From the NCBI GenBank assembly GCA_016793325.1, contig JAEUKI010000001.1, forward strand, positions 50,625 to 114,624: 64,000 bases of DNA, read 5' to 3'. This document shows, in pieces, positions 53,054-61,245 of this stretch. Position 1 is the first letter of the stretch. Every line of letters begins with the position of its first letter. This DNA comes from Myxococcales bacterium (GTDB lineage Bacteria > Myxococcota_A > Polyangia > Polyangiales > Ga0077539). A program made the translations under genes and the position numbers. The notes under the pieces are model-generated. The model worked only from the letters and a program-made list of their open reading frames with translations. It searched no databases and was not told the origin of the DNA.

Positions 53054-54460
53054 TTACACCGCGGCGGACTCGGTCTCGTGAAGCATCGCGCGGTGGACTG
53101 CCTCGGCGCACGCGCGCCCTTCGGCGATGGCCCACACCACGAGGCTCTGTCCGCGACGCGCGTCGCCGCAGGCGAACACGCGCGCTTCGCTCGTTGAAAA
53201 CGCGCCCCACGGGGCCTCGATGTTGCCGCGGGCGTCCGTCGCGAGCGCGGTTCCGCTCCACGCGCTCGGCTCGGGGCCGGTGAAGCCCATCGCGAGCAGC
53301 ACGAGGTCCGCGCCGAACTCGATCGACGCGTCTCCGTCGGCGTGGGTCCTGACGCATTGTGCGGCGGTGACGTTGCCCGACGCGTCGCCGATGAAGCGCA
53401 CCGTGCGCACGGCGAACTCGCGCTGTCCGCCCTCTTCTTGGCTGGAGGACGTCCGAAAGATCCACGGCCAATGGGGCCATGGATCGCGCTCGCCGCGGTG
53501 GTCGGGGGCGCGCGGCGCGATCTCGAGCTGCACGATGCTCGCGGCGCCTTGGCGAAGGGCGGTCCCGAGACAGTCGCTGCCCGTGTCACCGCCGCCGAGG
53601 ATGAGCACGCGCTTGTCGCGCGCGTCGATGCGCGCAGAGAGCGCGTCGCCAGCGACCGCGCGATTGGCCTGCTCGAGGTACTCCATCGCGAAGTGAACGC
53701 CGCGAAGCGCGCGACCCTCGATCGGGAGGTCTCTCGCGATGGTGGCGCCGGTCGCCAGGACCACCGCGTCGTGCGTCGCGCGAAGGCTCGCGACGGTCAC
53801 CGCGCGGCCGACGTCGACGTTGCTTCGAAAGCTCACGCCCTCGGCGCGCATCTGTTCGATGCGTCGATCGATGAGGGATTTATCGAGCTTGAAGTCAGGG
53901 ATCCCGTAGCGGAGCAGTCCGCCGAGCCGATCGCTGCGCTCGAGCACGGTGACGTCGTGACCCATGCGCGCGAGCTCTTGTGCGCACGCGAGACCGGCGG
54001 GGCCGCTGCCGACGACGGCGACGCGACGGCCTGTGCGTCGCTCGGCGGGCTGGGGCAGAAGCCATCCCTCGTCGATCGCGCGATCGGCGACGGCGCGCTC
54101 GAGGGCGCGGATCGTCACGGGTTCACCCGAGAGCTCGAGCACGCACGCGGCTTCGCACGGCGCGGGGCACACGCGCCCTGTCACCTCGGGAAAGTTATTG
54201 GTCCCGTGCAGCGAGGCGCTCGCTTGCTTCCATCGGTCTCGGTACACGAGGTCGTTGAAGTCGGGGATCGCGTTGCCGAGGGGGCAGCCTCCGTGGCACG
54301 TCGGGACCCCACAATTCATGCAGCGCGCGCCTTGCTCGCGGGCCGCGAGCACCGGGAGCCTCCGCTCGAACTCGCGCGAGTGCGCGACGCGCTCGGCGGC
54401 CGGCTCTTTGTCCGGCTCTCGTCGGGGCTCTTCGAGAAACGCTCCGGTCCGTCCCATCAC
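53054..54460 (-). CDS. gltD: Glutamate synthase small subunit (NADPH)
   Basis: Contains CMNCGVPTCHGGCPLGNAIPDFNDL, VCPAPCEAAC and VAVVGSGPAGLACAQELAR. The ATG overlaps the gltB stop (ATGA). Confidence 0.93.
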   Translation of the reverse strand: MMGRTGAFLEEPRREPDKEPAAERVAHSREFERRLPVLAAREQGARCMNCGVPTCHGGCPLGNAIPDFNDLVYRDRWKQASASLHGTNNFPEVTGRVCPAPCEAACVLELSGEPVTIRALERAVADRAIDEGWLLPQPAERRTGRRVAVVGSGPAGLACAQELARMGHDVTVLERSDRLGGLLRYGIPDFKLDKSLIDRRIEQMRAEGVSFRSNVDVGRAVTVASLRATHDAVVLATGATIARDLPIEGRALRGVHFAMEYLEQANRAVAGDALSARIDARDKRVLILGGGDTGSDCLGTALRQGAASIVQLEIAPRAPDHRGERDPWPHWPWIFRTSSSQEEGGQREFAVRTVRFIGDASGNVTAAQCVRTHADGDASIEFGADLVLLAMGFTGPEPSAWSGTALATDARGNIEAPWGAFSTSEARVFACGDARRGQSLVVWAIAEGRACAEAVHRAMLHETESAAV

Positions 54461-57400
54461 GCGCCTCCTGCGTGGCTGTCTTTGCCCATCTCCGCGAGGG
54501 CTCGCTTGAATTCATGGGGGATCACTTTGACGAAGCGCCGGCTCCACTGGCGCCAGCCCGAGAGCACGCGCCACGCGTGGGCGCTCATCGTTCGTTGGTA
54601 GTGCTTGTGAACGAGCGCGCGGACGAGCTGGAGGTCTTCGTTGTCGAGCGGGTCGAGCGCCACGGTGCTGTGGTTGCCGTTGTCCTTTCCGAGCACGCGC
54701 AGGGCGAGCGCGCCGTCGGTGTCGAGGACGTAGGCGATTCCACCGGACATTCCCGCGGCGAAATTGCGGCCTGTGGGGCCGAGGACGATCACGCGTCCGC
54801 CGGTCATGTACTCGCAGCCGTGGTCGCCGCAGCCCTCGATGACGGCGACGGCGCCCGAGTTGCGCACGGCGAAGCGCTCGCCGGCCATCCCTCGGACGAA
54901 GGCTTCTCCCGCGGTGGCTCCGTACAGCGCGGCGTTGCCGATGATCACGTTGTCCTCGGCGTTGAACCGCGATCCCTCCGGCGGAAACGCGACGAGCCGC
55001 CCGCCCGAGAGCCCCTTTCCGAAGCCGTCGTTGGCCTCTCCCTCGAGCGTCGCGTCGACGCCCGCCGCGAGAAACGCCCCGAAGCTCTGCCCCGCGCTCC
55101 CCGTGAAGTGCAGGCGCACCGTCGCGTCCGGGAGCCCCGCGGCGCCGTACTTCTTCGCGATGTGCGAGCTGAGCAGCGTGCACGTCGCCCGGTGGACGTT
55201 GCGGATGGGCATGCGGATCTCGACGGGCTCTGCGCGGTCGAGGGCGGGGCGGCACTGCTCGACGAGGACCGTGTCGAGGGCGAGCTCGATCTCGTGCTCT
55301 TGTTTTTGTGTGCACCGGCGCGGCCCCTTGGTGGCCGGCTGAAAGAGCAGCTTGTCGAGCGAGAGGCGCGAGGCGCGATCGTGCGCGGGGAGCGGGCGTT
55401 TTTGCAGGCGATCGACGCGTCCCACCATGGCGTCGACCGTGCGAAACCCGAGCTTCGCCATGAGCTCGCGCAGGCTCTTCGCGATGAACGTGAAGTAGTT
55501 CACCACGTGCTCGGGCTCGCCGGGAAAGCGCTCGCGCAGCCGCGGGTCTTGCGTGGCGATCCCGACGGGACACGTATTCAAGTGGCACGCGCGCATCATC
55601 ACGCAGCCGAGCGAGACGAGGGCCGCCGTCCCGAAGCCGAACTCTTCGGCGCCGAGGAGGGCCGCGACCGCGACGTCGCGCGCGGTCTTCAATTGTCCGT
55701 CGGTCTCGAGGCGGACGCGCCCGCGCAGGCCGTTGAGCGCGAGGACCTGCTGCGCTTCGGCGAGCCCGAGCTCCCACGGGACGCCCGCGTTGTACACGCT
55801 CGTCAGGGGCGAGGCGCCGGTGCCGCCAGAGTCACCAGAAATCAAGATGTGATCGGCGCGGGCCTTGGCGACGCCGGCGGCGATCGTCCCGACGCCCGCT
55901 TCGGCGACGAGCTTGACCGAGACCCTCGCGTCGGGGTTGGCGTTTTTGAGGTCGAAGACGAGCTGGGCGAGGTCTTCGATCGAGTAGATGTCGTGGTGCG
56001 GCGGCGGCGAGATGAGCCCGACGCCGGGCGTCGCGTGGCGCGTCTTGGCGATGTGCGCGTCGACCTTGTGTCCGGGGAGCTGGCCGCCTTCGCCGGGCTT
56101 CGCGCCCTGCGCGATCTTGATCTGAATCTCGTCGGCGTTGACGAGGTAGTCGATCGTGACGCCGAAGCGGCCCGAGGCGACTTGCTTGATGGCGCTGCGT
56201 CGGGAGTCGCCGTTGTCGTCGCGCGCGTAGCGGGCGGGGTCTTCGCCGCCTTCGCCGGTGTTCGATCGGGCGCCGATGCGGTTCATCGCGATCGCGAGCG
56301 TCTCGTGGGCCTCGCGAGAGATGCTCCCGAAGGACATCGCGCCAGTGCGAAAGCGTCGGACGATCTCGTGCTCGGGCTCGACCTCGTCGAGCGGTACGGG
56401 GTCGCTGGCCACGAAATCGAGCAGGCCGCGAAGGAAGCCGCCGTCCGTCGTGTCGCGATCGACGCGATCGGACCACTTGACGAAGGCCTCGTAGTTGGCC
56501 GAGCGCACCGCGTGCTGCAGCGCGCCCAGCGTCTCGGGCGTCCACGCGTGGTGCTCGCCGTCGCGTCGGTACTGGTAGCGACCGCCGGACGGCAGGAGCT
56601 CTTGCACGACGTCGAGCTTCTTCTTGGCGAACGCGCGCTCGTGCCGGTGCTGCGCGTCTTCGGCGAGCTCGTGCGTCGAGACGGCGCCGGGGACGTGAAC
56701 GGCGATGCCCTCGAAGTATCGCTGGACCATGGAGGCGTCGAGGCCGATCGCTTCGAAGATGCGCGCGCCTCGGTAGGACTGCGCGGTCGAGATGCCCATC
56801 TTGGACATGACCTTGAGCAGGCCCTTCTCGAGCGCTTTGCGGTACTTCGCGGTGGCTTCTTCTCGGGATTTTCCCTCGATTTCACCGTCGCGAACGAGGG
56901 CGCCGATCGTGTCGTACGCGAGCCACGGGACGACCGCGCCCGCGCCGAAGCCGACGAGGAGACACACGTGGGCGACCTCGCGCGCCTCGGCGGTCTCGAC
57001 GATGATCCCGCACTTGTGGCGGAGGCCCTTGTCGAACAAGTGCCGGTTGACCGCGCCGAGCGCGAGGAGGGCAGGGACGGGGGCGTGCTCGTGATCGATG
57101 CCTCGGTCGGACAAGACGAGCAGCGTCGCGCCGTCGCGAATAGCGCGCTCGGCCTCGGCGCCGATGCGCGCGAGGGCCCCGTCGAGCCCCTCGCGTCCGT
57201 GGCGTACGGCGAAGAGGGTCGGGATGGTCTTGGCGCGCAGGCCCTCGCGGTCGAGCGCGCGCAGCGTCGCGAGCTGACTGTCGGTGAGCACGGGCGAAGC
57301 GATCGCGAGCTTGCGGCAGTGCTCGGGGCTCTCTTCGAAGAGGTTCGACTCGCTGCCGAGCGTCTGCGCGAGGGACATCACGAGGGCCTCGCGGATCGGG

Positions 57401-59064
57401 TCGATGGGCGGGTTGGTCACCTGCGCGAACTGTTGCCGAAAGTACTCCCAGAGCGTCGGTTCGCGGCGCGAGAGGGGGGCTGGCGGCGTGTCGTTGCCCA
57501 TCGATCCGACGGGCTCTTCGCCGGTCGCGCACATGGGCGCGAGGATCTTCGAGAGCGTCTCTCTCGAATACCCGCACACGATATGGTGACGCCGCCGGTC
57601 CGCGTCGCCGAGCAGGGGGCGCGCCGCGGCGGACGTCGGTGAGAGGGCGCTCTCGTGGACGAGGTTTCGCTCGAGCCACACGGCCCAGGGGCGTCGCTCG
57701 CAGACCGAGCGCTTGATCTCGTCGTCGTCGACGAGGCGGCCCTCGTGCGTGTCCACGAGGAACATCCGCCCCGGCCTGAGCCCGTTCTTCTGCTCGACTG
57801 AGTCGGCCACGAAATCAAGAACGCCTGCTTCGGACGCCATCACGACGAGCCCGTCGCGCGTGACCGTGTAGCGCGCGGGGCGAAGCCCGTTGCGGTCGAG
57901 CACGGCGCCGACGTAGCGGCCGTCGGTGAACGCGATGCACGCCGGTCCGTCCCACGGCTCCATGACGCACGCGTGGTACTCGTAGAACGCGCGGCGCTCG
58001 CTCGCCATGGACTCGTGGTTCTGCCACGCCTCGGGGATCATCATCATGACCGCGTGCGGCAGCGAGCGGCCCGTGTGCACGAGGAGCTCGAGGACGTCGT
58101 CGAACATGGACGAGTCCGAGCCCGTCTCGTCGATCACGGGCGAGAGCTTGCGGACGTCTTCGCCGAACACCGGCGCGCGCAGCGATGGCTCCCTGGCGCG
58201 CATCCAGCCGACGTTTCCGCGCAGCGTGTTGATCTCGCCGTTGTGCGCGATGCGTCGATACGGGTGCGCGCGCGACCACGACGGAAACGTGTTGGTGCTG
58301 AACCGCTGATGGACGAGCGCGAGCGTCGTCTTCGCCCGGGGATCGCCCAGGTCTTTGTAGAACCTCGGGAGCTGATAGGGCGTGAGCAGTCCCTTGTAGA
58401 CGACGGTGCGCGTCGAGAGCGAGGCGACGTACGGGTACTCGCCGTCGCACAGGTCCTCTGCGCGAGACTCGTGCTCGATGCGCTTGCGGATGACGTAGAG
58501 CTTGCGGTCGAGCGCGTGGTCGTCGGCGGGCAGCGTCCCCGGGCCGATGAGCACCTGAACGATCGCGGGCATCGAGGCGCGCGCGGACGCGCCGGCGACG
58601 GACTCGTCCACAGGGACCTCGCGCCAGCCGAGGACGAACTGTCCCTCTTCGTCGACGACGCGCTCGACGAGCCTTCGCGCGCGCTTCTGCGCCTGCGGAT
58701 CGCGCGGCAGAAAGAGCATCCCGAGCCCGTACGTCCCGCGCGCGGGCAGCGGGATCGCGAGTCGCTTGCACTCTTCGTCGAGCAGCGCGTGCGGGATCTG
58801 CACGAGCACGCCCGCGCCGTCGCCGGTCAGCGGGTCGCTCGCGACGCCGCCGCGGTGCTCGAGGTTTTCGAGCACGGTGAGCGCACGCTCGATCACGGCG
58901 TGCGACGGCGTTCGATCGAGCGTCGCGACGAAGCCGACGCCGCACGCGTCTCGCTCGAACTCGGGGCGATAGAGGCCTTCGCGTCGCGCGCGGCGGCGCT
59001 CGGCTTCGGTCGCAAAAGTTGGCGCGTCGTCCGTGGTGGGGTGCGCAGCGTCGTGGTCGTTCAT
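54457..59064 (-). CDS. gltB: Glutamate synthase large subunit
   Basis: 1535 aa. Ntn amidotransferase start (FERDACGVGFVA), an FMN/Fe-S central domain, and the GXGXG C-terminal beta-helix (GNAALYGATAGEAFVRGMAGERFAVRNSGA). Confidence 0.96.
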   Translation of the reverse strand: MNDHDAAHPTTDDAPTFATEAERRRARREGLYRPEFERDACGVGFVATLDRTPSHAVIERALTVLENLEHRGGVASDPLTGDGAGVLVQIPHALLDEECKRLAIPLPARGTYGLGMLFLPRDPQAQKRARRLVERVVDEEGQFVLGWREVPVDESVAGASARASMPAIVQVLIGPGTLPADDHALDRKLYVIRKRIEHESRAEDLCDGEYPYVASLSTRTVVYKGLLTPYQLPRFYKDLGDPRAKTTLALVHQRFSTNTFPSWSRAHPYRRIAHNGEINTLRGNVGWMRAREPSLRAPVFGEDVRKLSPVIDETGSDSSMFDDVLELLVHTGRSLPHAVMMMIPEAWQNHESMASERRAFYEYHACVMEPWDGPACIAFTDGRYVGAVLDRNGLRPARYTVTRDGLVVMASEAGVLDFVADSVEQKNGLRPGRMFLVDTHEGRLVDDDEIKRSVCERRPWAVWLERNLVHESALSPTSAAARPLLGDADRRRHHIVCGYSRETLSKILAPMCATGEEPVGSMGNDTPPAPLSRREPTLWEYFRQQFAQVTNPPIDPIREALVMSLAQTLGSESNLFEESPEHCRKLAIASPVLTDSQLATLRALDREGLRAKTIPTLFAVRHGREGLDGALARIGAEAERAIRDGATLLVLSDRGIDHEHAPVPALLALGAVNRHLFDKGLRHKCGIIVETAEAREVAHVCLLVGFGAGAVVPWLAYDTIGALVRDGEIEGKSREEATAKYRKALEKGLLKVMSKMGISTAQSYRGARIFEAIGLDASMVQRYFEGIAVHVPGAVSTHELAEDAQHRHERAFAKKKLDVVQELLPSGGRYQYRRDGEHHAWTPETLGALQHAVRSANYEAFVKWSDRVDRDTTDGGFLRGLLDFVASDPVPLDEVEPEHEIVRRFRTGAMSFGSISREAHETLAIAMNRIGARSNTGEGGEDPARYARDDNGDSRRSAIKQVASGRFGVTIDYLVNADEIQIKIAQGAKPGEGGQLPGHKVDAHIAKTRHATPGVGLISPPPHHDIYSIEDLAQLVFDLKNANPDARVSVKLVAEAGVGTIAAGVAKARADHILISGDSGGTGASPLTSVYNAGVPWELGLAEAQQVLALNGLRGRVRLETDGQLKTARDVAVAALLGAEEFGFGTAALVSLGCVMMRACHLNTCPVGIATQDPRLRERFPGEPEHVVNYFTFIAKSLRELMAKLGFRTVDAMVGRVDRLQKRPLPAHDRASRLSLDKLLFQPATKGPRRCTQKQEHEIELALDTVLVEQCRPALDRAEPVEIRMPIRNVHRATCTLLSSHIAKKYGAAGLPDATVRLHFTGSAGQSFGAFLAAGVDATLEGEANDGFGKGLSGGRLVAFPPEGSRFNAEDNVIIGNAALYGATAGEAFVRGMAGERFAVRNSGAVAVIEGCGDHGCEYMTGGRVIVLGPTGRNFAAGMSGGIAYVLDTDGALALRVLGKDNGNHSTVALDPLDNEDLQLVRALVHKHYQRTMSAHAWRVLSGWRQWSRRFVKVIPHEFKRALAEMGKDSHAGGA

Positions 59065-59576
59065 CGTTTACGTGGGCGCGCGGTGGGGTCGGGGACAGAG
59101 ATCGGGAGCTCGGTTCGTTCGAACTGCGTCTGCAGGACGATCATCGTTTCGGTGCGCTCGACGCCTGGCAGATCGCGGATCGTGCTGATCAAGCGCTGGA
59201 GGGTCTCGGTGTTCTCCGTGCGGACCTTGAGCACGAGCGTGTGTCGGCCCGTCACGTGGTGGCACTCGAGCACGTCGGGGACCGCGGCGATCGCCTTCTC
59301 GAACGCGTCGATGTGCCGAGGCTTGTCGATGCCGACGCCGATGAACGCGCCGATGTCGAGCGAGACCCTGCGCGGGTCGATGTGCGCGTGATAGCCGCGG
59401 ATCAGCTGCGCGGCTTCGAGCCGTCGAACGCGCTCGTGGACAGCGGGCGCCGAGAGCCCCACGCGCTCGCCGAGCTCGGCGAGCGATCGCTTGCAGTCCG
59501 CCTGCAGCTCGACGAGCAGCGCGAGGTCTGTCCGGTCGAGCTCGAAATCCGAGGGTCTTCGCGTCTTGTCGGTCAC
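59061..59576 (-). CDS. lrp: Lrp/AsnC-family transcriptional regulator
   Basis: DRTDLALLVELQADCKRSLAELGERVGLSAPAVHERVRRLEAAQLIRGY is the HTH_AsnC motif, followed by a RAM/AsnC_trans_reg domain. The stop overlaps the gltB ATG (ATGA). Confidence 0.88.
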   Translation of the reverse strand: MTDKTRRPSDFELDRTDLALLVELQADCKRSLAELGERVGLSAPAVHERVRRLEAAQLIRGYHAHIDPRRVSLDIGAFIGVGIDKPRHIDAFEKAIAAVPDVLECHHVTGRHTLVLKVRTENTETLQRLISTIRDLPGVERTETMIVLQTQFERTELPISVPDPTARPRKR

Positions 59577-59788
59577 GGCGTCCGCGCTTTCGATCGCTGC
59601 GGTGATAGCTGCGGTCGTCGCGGTGCGTCAATGATTTGTTCTGAGAATTTCACCGATCACGAACAGTATTCGGCGCAGCGTATGGGTACAGAATATTATT
59701 CAGCACGCGTCCTCGGTCGAGCGTGCCGCGGTTTCGAGCCGTTTTCGCTGCTGTGATACTCAGCAAGACAACGAAAGCAGTGGCAGGG

Positions 59789-61231
59789 ATGAGTCGGTTC
59801 GAACGGTCTCGATTCTGTGTGTCGCGCGCGGTGTGCGCGTCGCTCGCGTCCGCGGCGATCGCGCTGACGGCGGGCGCGCGTTCGGCGGACGCGCAGGTGC
59901 TCCAGCGCTTCGCGCTTCGCGGTGAAGCCGGCGTCGGAACGATGCTCTCGGCCGACCAGATGTCCCGCCAGGGCTACATGCTCGCGGTGCAGGGCAGCGG
60001 TCGGCTCGGGTTTTCGATCATCGATCCGCTCGCGGTCGAGGTCGGGTTTTCGAGCTGGTTTTTTCCGAGCGGACAGGGGGACGGGCAGGCGCTCTTGCCG
60101 AACCTCGGGCTTCGCTTCGAGCCGCGGCTCGGTCGCGTCGCGCGGCTCGAGCTCGACGCGCACGCGCAGGTCGCGCTCACGGGGCTCGCGCTTCCGACGG
60201 GCGTGCTCACGAGGTTCGGCTTCGACGTGGGGCTCGGGGTCGAGTTTCTTCCGACCGCGTGGCTCGGCGTCGGCCCGATGCTTCGCTACTCGCACATCGT
60301 CGCGGCGCAGGGGACGGACGTGTCCGACGCGATGTTCTGGAGCGGCGGAGTCGCGCTGTCCCTGCGAATTCCCCCGCCGCCACCGCCGCCACCGCCGCCG
60401 CCGGTGGTCGAGCCCACGCGACCGCCGCCCGACACCGACGCCGACGGCGTGCTCGACAGCGACGATCTGTGCGTGACCGAGCCGCAGGGCGAGAGGCCCG
60501 ATCCCGAGCGCCGCGGCTGTCCGATTCGCGACACCGATCGCGACGGCGTGCTCGACGTGGACGATCGTTGCATCGCGACGCCGCAAGGCCCGACGCCGGA
60601 TCCCGAGCGACGCGGCTGTCCCGACGGCGACGAGGACGCGGACGGCGTTCGCAACCAGCTCGATCAGTGTCGAACGGTCGCGCAGGGAAATCGACCGGAT
60701 CCCTCGCGCGCGGGCTGTCCGCTCCCCGACCGCGACGGAGACACGGTGTTCGACGACGTCGATCGTTGTCCGGACCAACCGGGAGCGCCGAGCTCGGACC
60801 CCGCGCGCAACGGCTGTCCGGGCCTCGTGCGCGTGCAGAACGGCTTCTTGCAGATCACTTCGCCGGTGTTCTTCGCGACCAACCGCGATCGCATTCTTCC
60901 GAGGAGCTTTCCTGTGCTCACGGCGGTGGCAGACACGCTGCGGGCCAATCAAGAGATCCGTCGCGTGTCGGTCGAAGGGCACACGGACGACGTCGGCGAC
61001 GACACACGAAACCAAGGGCTGTCGTCGCGCCGCGCCGAGAGCGTTCGCCGCTGGCTCGCCGAGCACGGCGTGGACGCGTCGCGCCTCGAGGCGCACGGCT
61101 TCGGCGAGAGTCGACCGCTGCGCGCGGTGACGGGCGTGCGCGGACGGGCGCTTCGAGACGCGCGAGCGCAGAATCGACGCGTAGAATTTCGCATCCTCGA
61201 CGGCGCGGGCAGCGCTGTAGGCCAACAGTGA
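59789..61231 (+). CDS. OmpA-family protein with N-terminal beta-barrel-like region and thrombospondin type-3 (Ca-binding) repeats
   Basis: Signal ...ALTAGARSADAQ. A poly-Pro linker (PPPPPPPPPPP). TSP3 repeats: DTDADGVLDSDDLC, DTDRDGVLDVDDRC, DEDADGVRNQLDQC, DRDGDTVFDDVDRC. OmpA_C: VSVEGHTDDVGDDTRNQGLSSRRAESVRRWL...NRRVEFRI. Confidence 0.88.
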   Translation: MSRFERSRFCVSRAVCASLASAAIALTAGARSADAQVLQRFALRGEAGVGTMLSADQMSRQGYMLAVQGSGRLGFSIIDPLAVEVGFSSWFFPSGQGDGQALLPNLGLRFEPRLGRVARLELDAHAQVALTGLALPTGVLTRFGFDVGLGVEFLPTAWLGVGPMLRYSHIVAAQGTDVSDAMFWSGGVALSLRIPPPPPPPPPPPVVEPTRPPPDTDADGVLDSDDLCVTEPQGERPDPERRGCPIRDTDRDGVLDVDDRCIATPQGPTPDPERRGCPDGDEDADGVRNQLDQCRTVAQGNRPDPSRAGCPLPDRDGDTVFDDVDRCPDQPGAPSSDPARNGCPGLVRVQNGFLQITSPVFFATNRDRILPRSFPVLTAVADTLRANQEIRRVSVEGHTDDVGDDTRNQGLSSRRAESVRRWLAEHGVDASRLEAHGFGESRPLRAVTGVRGRALRDARAQNRRVEFRILDGAGSAVGQQ

Positions 61232-61245
61232 TCGGGAGTGAACAC

